A stretch of 64,000 nucleotides of DNA from an uncultured Planctomycetota bacterium (GTDB lineage Bacteria > Planctomycetota > Planctomycetia > Isosphaerales > Isosphaeraceae): contig CAWJTV010000013.1 in assembly GCA_963845755.1 (NCBI GenBank), forward strand, positions 1 to 64,000, given 5' to 3'. The translations under genes and the position numbers were made by a program. Positions 1 to 10,141 of this stretch are shown piece by piece. Each line of letters starts with the position of its first letter. Positions within the stretch are counted from its first letter, which is position 1. The notes under the pieces are model-generated. The model had not been told where the DNA came from. It ran no database searches and saw only the letters and a program-made list of their open reading frames with translations.

Positions 1-117
1 TCTCTGACCGACTGCATCAGCTTCGTGGTGATGGCCGAACGCGGGATCACCGAGGCGTTGACCGGCGATCACCACTTCGAACAGGCGGGTTTCCGAGTCG
101 TCATGAATCGTCCGTGA
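1..117 (+). CDS. PIN-domain (VapC-like) toxin, 3' end only
   Basis: Frame +1 reads SLTDCISFVVMAERGITEALTGDHHFEQAGF..., the typical C-terminus of VapC PIN toxins; stop TGA 115-117. Confidence 0.85.
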   Translation, partial: SLTDCISFVVMAERGITEALTGDHHFEQAGFRVVMNRP

Positions 118-248
118 CGTCGGCTGTGGCCGGAGATCGCAGAGGGAGAGAGGATCGGCGAGTGGAGTCGCCTCCTACAAGGAGAACCCAGAATCCGGCC
201 CTTGTCGGAGCCGGCTTTGTCCGGCTACCCTTCCGCACCGATGCGGTG

Positions 249-817
249 TCAGGACGCCCTTCGTTCCTGCAACATGGCGGAGAACTCCGGCTGCGCCTCG
301 TGCAAGGCGTCGGCAAGCTCTGGCTTCTCCCTGGCGGCCATCTGGAAAATCGGCCCGATCGACGCGGGGTAGAGGACGATATGCAGGAGGATGCCCAGGC
401 GCTGCCGAGGGCGCAGTACAGGACGGAGACGCGGAGACTGCTGATGAAGACGTAGGTGAACAAGGCGGACGTGCTGGCTCCGGTCAGGGTGAGCGTGATG
501 AGCCCGACGAGGCGCGTTGGCACGGTGACGCGGACGAGCCCCAAGAACACGAAGCCGGCAAAGAGCCCCGACGTCAACGGCATGAACATGAGGCCGGGCA
601 GGGCCGCGTACTGGAAGTCCGGGTCGCGCATCTGGCCGAGCTGGCTGACGACGTAGACGACGAAGGCCAGCAGGCCGGCCCAGAAGCCGGCCCAGGCCGA
701 GACCCTCAATTCAGCGGTCCTCGTCGAGTTCGCGATGATCCACGCGAGCACGAAGATTGCCGACATGATCGCGGGGAGGATCACCCATTGGACGGTGGTC
801 GAGATGATCGGTGCCAT
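249..817 (-). CDS. multi-pass membrane protein (frameshift near 395)
   Basis: About 5 hydrophobic helices in ORF 101..817; continues in another frame as GILLHIVLYPASIGPIFQ... to stop at 249-251. Confidence 0.65.
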
Positions 818-993
818 TTCACTTGGTCCTTTTTGCGAGAGACCTAGCCTCTCTGGAGTCGCCTCGGGGCCGGAGCGTATTCCCAGTTCTCAATCAGTGA
901 TACGCGGCGCAGCCCGAAACCTGACAGGATTGCGCGACGAAGGTCCGGAGTCAGGGATCTGGGAAGGGATGACGACGAGGTTGGAGAGGCTCC

Positions 994-3900
994 TTATCGC
1001 CCCCAACCGGAGAGGACGAACGCCGCCCATTGCTTCACCGGCGCGATCCTTCGCAGCGGGTTCCGGATGCCCGGCGCCGGGCACCGGCGCGGGGCGTTGC
1101 ACCACCTTGTCGAAGTCCGGCGTGCCCCGGACCGCGGCCAACTGGCCCACCAGCTCGGGATGGCGATAGAGCCTCAACTGGGCAGTCCGCAGCGCTTCGA
1201 TCGGCGGCTTGTGCAGTCGCCAGAACTGGTCGTAGAAGATTGCCATCAAGGCCGCGGTGGCCTGGTCGTCTACCATCCACAGGCTGGCGACGACGTTGTG
1301 CGCCCCGGCGAGGTGGAAGGCACGCTGGAGGCCGAAGACCCCCTCGCCGCCGGCGACTTCACCCCGGCCGGTCTCGCAGGCCGAGAGGACGGCCAGCTCC
1401 AGGTCCTGCAACGACAGCCCCGCAATGGCCTCGGCGGTGAGGATGCCTCGGTCGTCGCGCACCGTGGGATCGGCGCTGGCACTGGGGCGGTTGGCCCCGG
1501 CCAGGACCAACCCCGAGAGGACCAGCGGGTTGCGCAAGCCGGCGCCGATCCGCTCGCGGCCGATCGAGGAGAAGAGCTTGGGGTCGGGTCGCAGGACCGA
1601 GGGGATGCGGGGATCGGCGAAGAAGCCGTGGGTGGCGATGTGCGCCCAGCGGGCGCGGGGGAGCTCGCGGAGCAACTGGGCGGTGCCGGCATCGGTTCCC
1701 TGGAGGCGGACGGTGGTGCGCGAGCCGGCCGATTTGGCCACGGCGTTCAATTCCTGGAGCGTGCCGGGCAGATCCCCCCAGCCGTCGCCGCGGCCGCGCT
1801 GGGTCTCGGCCGGGCGCGCGGCCAGCAGCTCGACCTGGACTTTCTCATCGTCGACGGGCCTGGGCGCCTGGTCGTAGGCCACGCCGCCGACGGCCAGGAA
1901 GATTCCGGTATCGGCCGCCTCGGACGATCGCGGCGGGGCGGTGAGTCGATCGAGCAGGAATGGAGCGTGGGGGACAGTCGCCAGGGCATATTGCTCCAGG
2001 AGGACCGTTCCCGGCCGATCGCCGGGCAGCGCCGCCCAGGGAATCGCGGTGAGGGACCCGTCGGGGGCGATGATCGCGGTCGACGTATCGGGCGGGAGAT
2101 GTTTCGCCAGCGGTTCCCAGACCAGCCGGCGCAAGGTCTCGGCGGCGGGACTCGATTGGTGATGCTCGATCGCGCTGCGCCACTGGACCACGGCGGCGTC
2201 GATCGGCTGTGCCGGCCCGAGGTCGACCTGCCGCACGGGCCGGCCCTTGGCCAGCACGTAGCCGACGTAACTCGGTGTGTAGTGTTCTCCCTTTTCCCCT
2301 TGATCAGGGGGTCCTGTTCGAAGCGGATGAACCGCAGCAGGTCGAGAACGACGGTGCGCTCGGGGAGCGATTCCAGCAGCTTGGTATACGGACCTTGCTC
2401 CAAGACCCGTTGGCGAGCGAACTGGGGAAGGGCGTCGGCCAGTTGCCGCTCCAGCCGCTCCTTCTCGGTGGTGAGATGCTGGAGCTGTTGGAGCCGCTCG
2501 GGGTGGTCGCGGCCGTCGGCGGTGGCCAGCAGCAGCCGGGCGAGCTGGCCGCGGGTGTCGCGCCAGGCCTGGAGGTCGCGGCGGGTGGCCGGGTGCTCGG
2601 TCGCCCGTTGGAGGAACGCGGCCTGGCGGCTCTGGATCATGCGGGCGATGGCTGCTTTCCCTTTCCAGACTCGAGCATAGGCGGCTTGATTGCTGCCGGG
2701 CACGTGGAAAGAGACCGAAATCAGAGCATCTCGGGTGAGCGGCAACTGGGCCAGATAATTCAGCGCCTCGGCCTCGGAAGTGGCGGCCAGCAGGAGATCG
2801 GCCAGCTCTTGCTGCATGTCCACGGCTTGCTGGATTAAGGGCAGTGCCTCGGTGTCGAGGCGCTGGGCCAGGAGCAGGAAGCCCAGGTTGTTCAGGCCTC
2901 GGGCCAGGTCGGGGTGGCCGTGCGGATACTGCTCCTTGGGATAGATGGCCTGGTTCATCGCCAGCGCACGCTCGAAATACCCCCGCGCCTCGCCGTAGGC
3001 CCCCTGGCGTTGAACAAACCGCCCAGGTTGTTCAGGTTGATGGCGAGATCAGGGTGCCCCCGTGGATATCGTTCTTTGGGGTAGAGGGCCTGGTTCATCG
3101 CCAGCGCACGCTCGAAATACCCCCGCGCCTCGCCGTAAGCCCCCTGCTTCCAGAGCAGGGCGCCCAAGTTGTTCAGGGTGGTGGCCAGTTCGGGGCGTCC
3201 CTGCGGATTCCGAGCCTGGGGGTAGAGGGCTTGGGTCATCGCCAGCGCACGCTCGAGATACCCCCGCGCCTCGCCGTAGCGCCTTGGTCCTGGAGCACCA
3301 AGCCCACTTCGTTCAGGCTGGTGGCGAGATCGGGGTGTCCCTGCGGATACTGGTTCTTGGAGTAGATGGCCTGGCGCATCGCCAGCGCACGGACGTGATA
3401 GACCCGCGCCTCGTTGTAGGCGCCCTGGTACTTGAGCAGGACGCCCAGGTTGCTCAGGCTGAAGGCCAGATCGGGGTGTCCGTGCGGATATCGTTCCTTG
3501 GGGAAGAGGGCCTGTTGCATCGCCAGCGCCACGCTCGAGATACTCTCGCGCCTCGCCGTAGGCGCCCTGGTCCCTGAGCAGGCTACCCAGGTTGTTCAGG
3601 CCGATGGCGAGGTGGGGGTGTCCCTGGGGATTCCGAGCCTGGGGGTAGAGGATCTGTTTCATCGCCAGCGCCACGCTCGTAATACCCCCGTGCCTCGTCG
3701 TAGGTCCCCTGGGCATGGAGCAGCCATGCCCATTTCGTTCAGGCTGAAAGCCAACTCGGGGTGTCCGTGCGGATACTGCTCCTTGGAGTAGAGGGCCAGG
3801 TTCATCGCCAGCGCACGCTCGAGATACCCTCGCGCCTCGCCGTAGTCCTTCTGGGCGTTGAGCAAACCGCCCAGGTCGTTCAGGCTGGTGGCCAGGTGGG

Positions 3901-5178
3901 TGTGGCCCCGCGGATGCCGCTCCTTGGGGTAGAGGGCCTGGTTCATCGCCAGTGATCGCTCGTAATACCCCCGCGCTACGCCATAGTCCCCCTTATCTTT
4001 GAGCAGGGCGCCAAGGTTAGTCAGGCTTTGGGCCAGATCGGCGTGGCCCAGCGGATACGTCTCCTTGGGGTAGAGGGCCTCGCGCATCGCTAATGCTTGC
4101 TGGTAATACCCTCGCGCTCCGCCGTAGTCCCCCTGGGCGCAGAGCAGGAAACCCATCCCGTGCAGGCTGGCGGCCAGTTCGGGGTGGCCTTGCGGATACC
4201 GATCCTCGGGATAGAGGGCCTGGTTCATCTCCAGCGATCGCTGGAGATAGCCCCGCGCTCCGCCGTAGTCCCCCTGGGCCAAAAACAGGCTGCCCAGGTT
4301 GTTCAGGCTTTGGACCAGTTCGGGGTGGCCTTGTCGATACCGGCCCTTGGGATAAAGCGTCTCGCGCATCGCCAATGCTCGCTGGTAATACCCCCGCGCA
4401 CCGCCGTAGTCCTGCTGCTCGTGAAGCACATAGCCCAGGTTGTTCAGGCTGGTGGCCAGTTCGGGGTAACCCTGCGGATACTGCTCCTTGGGGTAGAGTG
4501 TTTCATTCATCACCAGCGCCTGTTGGAAATACCCCCGCGCCCTACCGCAGTCCCCCTGGTCAACGTGCAGCTTGCCTAGGTTGGACAGGCTGGCGGCCAG
4601 GTGGGAGTGACCTTGCGGATACTGCTCCTTGGGGTAGAGCGCTTCATTCATCGCCAGCGCCCGTGGAAGATACCCCCGCGCCCACCGTAGTCCCCCTGGG
4701 CCAGGAGGAGGGTGCCTAGGTTGTTCAGGCTTTGGGCCAGTTCGGTGTGCCCCTGCGGATACGTCTCCTTGGGGTAGAGGGCCTCGCGCATCGCTAATGC
4801 TTGCTGGTAATACCCTCGCGCTCCGCCGTAGTCCCCCTGGGCCTTGAGCAGGAAACCCATCGCGTGCAGGGTTTCGGCTAGTTCGGGATGGCCCTGCGGA
4901 AGCTCGCCCTGAGGATAAATCCGCTCGCGGATCTGGAGAGACTGCCTGGTCTTCTCGACGGCCGCACCAAGATCACCGCGCTGATAGGATCGGAAGCCGG
5001 CTTGGAACAGCTCGGATGCCTGGCGCTCCAGGTCCTTACGCTGCTCGGGCGTCAGCCGCTCCGGTGGATCATCCGCTCGCCCCGTGCAGGCCATCGCGAC
5101 GAGGAAGCAAAGACCCAGCAACCCGGTCACGAGCCGGGTTCGGCTCGAGCCGGATCGAGGAAGAAATGGGTTGATCAT
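994..5178 (-). CDS. exported TPR-repeat CHAT (caspase-like) protease, module 1 (several frameshifts)
   Basis: Signal peptide (LLGLCFLVAMACTGRA), many 46-aa TPR repeats (YPKEQYPQGHPELATSLNNLG), CHAT motifs APDGSL, HIATHGFF (catalytic His), LSACETG (catalytic Cys), VVASLW, C-terminal WAAFVLSG; joined from ORFs 4648..5415, 3659..4651, 3236..3532, 2955..3716, 1747..2958, 890..2257. Confidence 0.9.
2870..4930 (-). repeat. tandem 138-bp coding repeats (46-aa TPR units)
   Basis: Recurrent ttcatcgccagcgcacgctcga...ataccccgcgcctcgccgtag...cccaggttgttcagg units with about 138-nt period. Confidence 0.85.
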
Positions 5179-5237
5179 GAGGGGAATCTCCAAGGAAGTG
5201 CGAACGCGTGGAAGTCGAGCCGAAAGGGCGTGGGCAT

Positions 5238-5979
5238 TCATGACCCACCCTGGTTGGGGAAGATCACCGCCTGGTTGTAATCGCCCAGCGGCTGAACCTT
5301 GTCCTGCAACAGCCGGCGCAGACGGAGCACCGGATCGTCGCTCTTGCGGGTCCTGGACGTCGGAGCGGCACGGTTCTGGGGATCGAGCACCACCTCCCGG
5401 CCGTTCTCGATCCACACGGCCGTGTCGAGGGCCCGACGCGGTTGGGCCGCCGGGAGGGTCAGCCTTTTCGCGAGCTCGGCATCGCGGTCGCGCGGCAGGG
5501 GACGGGTCTCGCGCGCCAGCAGGACGACCGTCTCGAGGCCCGGTGCGCCCGCCGGGATCTCCCAGACGTCGTCCTTCTTCGGTGGCAGGTCAAGCCGGTC
5601 GCGTCTTGACCTCATCCGCCGGGCGTTGATCCCAGTGGCCCCGTTTCCAGGGGTAGATCGGGGCGGCCTTGCCATCGGAGCCGATCCAGAAGACGTAAAG
5701 GTAGGCCGGCCGGTTGAGCTTCGCCTCGATGCGGAACTGGTCGTGCGCCTTGAGCGGCAGGGCGCCCGGCTGGTCGAGCCGGAGGTTGCGGCGGCGGGGA
5801 CTGGCCGGGTCGTCGATCCGGAGGTGGATCGCGCCCCGCAACGGTTCGGCATCGTCGCGACGAGGGTCCGATCGTCGTGGCTCATCGCCCCACGCCCGCA
5901 GGCCGGTGATCGCCAGGGCCACGAGGAGCCAGGCCGTGCGGTGGATCTTCGGAGACGCCTCGCTGGACGCCGCTACGAA
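5238..5979 (-). pseudogene. stand-alone DUF4384-like exported protein, 3' part; 5' end at 7045-7184 separated by a REP/IS insertion
   Basis: Translation AWLLVALAITGLRAWGDE...FRIEAKLNRPAYLYVFWIGSDGKAAPIYPW...GLETVVLLARE...SDDPVLRLR...IFPNQGG is closely paralogous to the C-terminal domain of the upstream kinase. Confidence 0.7.
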
Positions 5980-6017
5980 TGGCCCTGAAGGGGCCAGACA
6001 AACCAGCCCGGGGCAAC
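5980..6017. repeat. REP-like arm (inverted partner at 7006-7044)
   Basis: TGGCCCTGAAGGGGCCagaCAAACCAGCCCGGGGCAAC versus reverse complement at 7006-7044. Confidence 0.7.
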
Positions 6018-7005
6018 CAACTTATTCCATTTGGAACGTAAGTCCTTGTCGATTCACGATCCGCACAGCATTGATCAGCAGTTTGGCCCAGACCCAACGC
6101 CACACCCGCCACGACCGGCGCACCCAGGCCGGCAGCGGACCCAGGCCGCCACCGAAGGAGGTCGCCTGGCCGAAGGATCGCTCGATCGCGCCGCGCATCG
6201 CGTAGAGGCTCTTCCCGAAATCTCCCTGCAACAGCTCGATGCAGCGGAGGCGGTACGGGCTTTGGCGGCGGTGTCCCAGTCCGGCCTTGGGGTCCTCGCC
6301 GGGGCTACCAACTGGTAGCCCGCGGCGCCCGCCGCGTCGAAGACCGGGTTGGCGTCGTACTCGCCATCGCCCAGCACGTAGCCACCGCCGCCGCAGTCGG
6401 CCAATTCCGGCAGCAACTGCTCGGCGGCCTTGGTCTCGGCGACATTCAGCGGTGTGATCGAACACACCTCGGGCATCGGACGGTTGCTCCAGACGGCGTG
6501 CAATTTGTAGCCCTTGGCGATCTTGCCGGCGCCGTGGCCATTGCGGGCATCCGGATCGTGACTGGCACCACCAACCGGCAAGGGCTTACCGTCGAGGATC
6601 TGTACCAACCGCGGGGGGACTACATCGCGGAGCCGCGTCGCCAAAGTCCGCATGAGGACGCCCACGGCCAAGCTCCGGAGTCGTCGGCTCAGAGTCGAGG
6701 GCGCGGGCAAACGACCCGGCTGGAGCGTCGTGGTCTTCCAGTGCCGAGGATCACAAGCCCAGCAGGCCGGTCGATCGTGAAGGGCGGCCCACAGGTGGAC
6801 CAGGACCAAGATGTGGGGCTGGTAGGAGACGTTGACCTGGCGGATCGAGCCACCCACCGCCATGACGAGGTGATACAGTTGCGGCCAGAGTTCCAGTTCC
6901 ATAGTTGCCCTCCTCTGAGGATTGTCTCTACTTCCATACATAGATACGATCCTGGGAGGGAAATTGTTCTGACATAAAGACTTGCGACCTAAATGGAATA
7001 AGTTG
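6018..7005. mobile_element. IS element (about 988 bp) with terminal inverted repeats, embedded between two inverted REP arms
   Basis: TIR CAACTTATTCCATTT at 6018-6032 and AAATGGAATAAGTTG at 6991-7005, imperfectly extended to about 30 bp; contains a DDE transposase. Confidence 0.85.
6022..6902 (-). CDS. DDE transposase (IS4/IS5/IS982-like; one frameshift)
   Basis: Motifs PSTLSRRL, ILDGKPL, GYKLHAV, LGDGEYD, RGAIERSFG; stop codon lies inside the left TIR. Confidence 0.85.
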
Positions 7006-7180
7006 GTTGCCCCGGGCTGGTTTGTTGCGGCCCCTTCAGGGCCAAAATCGGCCCGATGCGGCCTCAAGCCTGGTGGTGTTGGGCGGGAAGGCTCGATCTC
7101 CGTTCTGGACGAGTTGGTCGGCATCCCGACCGACAACTTCCGAACCGGCAATTCCTCGAAGTGATCGGGGTCTCTCATGT

Positions 7181-9111
7181 TCAACGGCCCCCCTGGTTCG
7201 GGACGATGACTGCCCGGTGATACGCGCCAAGAGCGGGGAGTTTCTTTCTCAAGAGCTCGCGGATCCGCAGCACGGGGTCATCGCTCTGGTGCGTCTTCGG
7301 GCCCGGTGCCGAGCGTTCTTGTTTGCCCTGCTCGTCGAAAGTGAATTCCCGGCCGCTCTCGAGCCAGATGGCTGCACGCTTTCGCGGGTCCCCTTCGGGG
7401 AGCTCGGTCCTCTGCGGGCCGGCCAGGTCCCGCTCCAGGGTGGTGTCGGCGTCGCGGGGCAGTGGGCTGTCTTCGCGAGCCAGGAGGACCAGCGTCTCCA
7501 GCCCTGGCGCTGAGGGGGGGAGCGACACCGTCTCGTCGATGACCTCGGGCAGCTCGATGCTCTCGACCTTGGCCTCGTGGGCCGGCCGCTGGTTCCAATC
7601 CCGTTCCTCCCAGGGGTAAAGCGGCGCAACCTTGCCGTCGGAGCCGATCCAGAACAGGTACAAGTACGCCGGGCGGTTGACCCCAGCCTCGACGCGCACC
7701 TCATCGCCGGGCTTGATCGGAACGGCGCCCTGCTCGTACAGCCGCAGGCCGCGACGCAGGGCGTTCCCCCGCTCGTCAACCCAGAGGGTGATCTTGCCGT
7801 GGAGTGGCGCGGGATCACTCGGAGGCGCCGGCGCTATCACGACCTGGGGGCTTTGCGAAGGGGCGGGCTCCGGCCGGTGCCACACGTAGTTGAGAATCAG
7901 CAGCGTGATCACCGCCAGGGCGGCACACGGCCGACAGCACGGCCTGAACCCGCGGCAAGGTCAGATAGCGATTGAGGGCTTTCTGGAAGGCCTCGGCCGA
8001 GGGATAGCGTTGGTCCGGGTCGGCGGCGAGGGCCTTGAGGCAGATCCGCCTCAGCCCGCGCGGGACCTTGGCCAGGCGGAGGGCCTCCTTCGGGAAGTCG
8101 CAACGCTTGGCGCGGTCCCAGATTTCCTCCGTGGTCTCGCCCACGAACGGCTGCTGGCCGGTGAGCAGCTAATATAAGACCGCACCCAGCCCGAAGATGT
8201 CACTCCGCGGGCCGATCCGGTCGTGCTCGAACCGGGCCTGCTCGGGGGCCATGTAGGCCAGCGTGCCGCCCCAGGTCGGGTCGGGTCGGTCGGACCAGGC
8301 GTGCCGCAAGCTCGCCAGGCCGAAGTCGATCAGCCGGGGCTCGACTCGATTCGTCGATCAGGATGTTCCGGGGCTTGATGTCGCGGTGGATGATCCCCCG
8401 CCGGTGTACCATCGCCAGGGCACCAGCCAGTTTGGCCACCAACTCCGCGGCCCGGCGCGGCGTGATCGGCTCGTTGGGGGCGTGGTCCTCCAGGTTGCTC
8501 GGCCGTGGACGTACTCCATCACCAGGAAGGGCGGCCATCGTGGAAGTCGAGGTCGTAGATCTTCAAGAGGTTGGCGTGCTTTCCAGGGCGATCAATGCCG
8601 GCCCTCCCGACAAGCGAGGTGTGCTCGTCGTCGCCGACAGGTTGGCGGCCCAGCTTGAGGACCATGTTCTGGCCCAGCTCGGGGTGGATGACCAGGTAGA
8701 CGTCCCCCTGGGCGCCTCTGTCGAGCTGTTCGACGACCTGGTACCTGCCGATGGCGCACGGGCCGCTCGGCCTTCACTCGGCGCGATCTGCGGGCCTCGG
8801 CCACGGCGTCCGGCCCCAAAGGTTCCGAGGTTCGCCGTCTCGAGCGGGTCGGACGTCCAGTCCAGGGTTGTTTCGCCGCCTGATGGCTGGCCCTCGGGGT
8901 GCAACGCCGGGTCAGGTACGGTCGAAGCCGCACTCAACCCGCTCTTGAGGGCCTGGCGCACCTCGGCCAGGTCGGCCCGGAGCCGCTCCAGGCGGGCGCG
9001 GCAGTCGGGACATCCCCCCAGATGCTGCTCGACCACCTCGGCGTCCGGCTCGCCGGTGACCAGCTTCAGCAATTCGGCGTCGTCAGGACAGGTCGGAATC
9101 GCAGAAGTCAT
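7181..9111 (-). CDS. Zn-finger anti-sigma-like / Ser-Thr protein kinase / TM / DUF4384-like protein, module 1 (frameshifts and one in-frame TAG)
   Basis: N-terminal CPD...[38 protein letters not shown] segment; C-terminal VRVEAGVNRPAYLYLFWIGSDG domain; TAG at 8169-8171 replaces Glu of VLYELLT. Confidence 0.85.
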
Positions 9112-9702
9112 CGTCGCATTCCCCCTCGAGCTCGACGCAGCGGCGCCGGACCTCTTTCAGGACACGCGAGGCGTTGACAAAGACGTGGTTGGCCGTGATC
9201 CCCAACTCGGCGGCGATCGTCGCGGCTGGACGGTCCTCGATCAGCCGACCCGTGAAGCACGCCCAGGCCGTCAATGAGACGGTTGCCAAACTTGCGGCAG
9301 CACGACCTCGAGGATCCGCTCGCGGTGCCTCTTGAGGAAGATCACCTCCAGCTCCCGGCTTTGGGACTGGTTCATCTCCCGAAACTGGCGAATCCACTCC
9401 TCTTGCACCCGGTCGCGGACCTTCCTCCGCCGTGCCCAATCGATCAGCGTATTGTGAGTGAATTTCCACAGGTACGTGCGGAATCGGCGCACGGCGCGGT
9501 CCAACTTGAACTTCGGCAGGGCGGCCAACAGCCGGATGAAAACCTCCTGCGTCAGGTCGTTGGCGTCAAACTCAGCCAGACCCAGCCCACGCAGATAACC
9601 GAAGATCAACGGACGGTAGATCTCGTGGAACTCGCGCCAGCTCGCTCCGTCGGCCGGGTTGCGGACCCGCTCCACAAGTGATATCCGGGTCGTCTCGGTC
9701 AT
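9083..9702 (-). CDS. ECF sigma-70 factor (kinase-associated planctomycete type), module 1 (frameshift)
   Basis: TRISLVERVRNPADGASWREFHEIYRPLI, DLTQEVF, FRTYLW, region 4 IAAELGITANHVFVNASRV. Confidence 0.9.
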
Positions 9703-9794
9703 GGCGATCACACCTGTGTACATCAGATCAGAATCTCTGGGATCGGCACAATTGTCGAGATGAGCGCCGAGATGCGGGTGGCGGCTCCCATCAC

Positions 9795-9820
9795 GTTACA
9801 CATCTCGGCGCGGCGATTCC
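9795..9820 (-). promoter_or_regulatory. putative ECF promoter GGAAT-N16-GTAAC upstream of sigma 1
   Basis: Minus strand GGAATcgccgcgccgagatgtGTAAC; same boxes and spacing conserved upstream of sigma 2. Confidence 0.6.
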
Positions 9821-9983
9821 AGGAGGCGCCCCAGCGATCCGCGACCGGCCGATCCGCTCGACCGCCTCGATCGAACCCGGGAGTCCTGCCCCACTCATTG
9901 TTACGCACCCCGGGCGCGAACCTTACAAGGTCATCCGGTCATCGTTCCCCGATCACCGACCCGTTGGCAGTTGAGCGCGCGGA

Positions 9984-10044
9984 AAAAGGGGACAGGCACC
10001 CGGCCCGCCGGCACTTGGCCCGAAATCCCCAGGACCATGCCGGG
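9984..10044. repeat. REP-like hairpin downstream of CHAT 2
   Basis: aaaggggacaggcacccggcccg ... cgggccgggagcccgtcccctttc inverted arms. Confidence 0.55.
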
Positions 10045-10141
10045 CCGGGAGCCCGTCCCCTTTCTCCGGTCCCGTGTGCCGTCCGAGTGGGATACGCTCC
10101 AGCCGGCCAGCATTCCGGATCGGGGGACACCTCGCACGCAT

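Noticed and set aside
1067..2680. Long plus-strand ORF (537 aa) and similar antisense ORFs (e.g. 24660-26579, 37106-38632, 50854-52320, 54308-55573)
   Set aside because: Shadow ORFs opposite well-supported genes, typical of high-GC DNA
2870..4930. Periodic repeats that could be mistaken for a CRISPR array
   Set aside because: The period is 138 bp, in-frame, and encodes TPR units; there are no unique spacers and no cas genes
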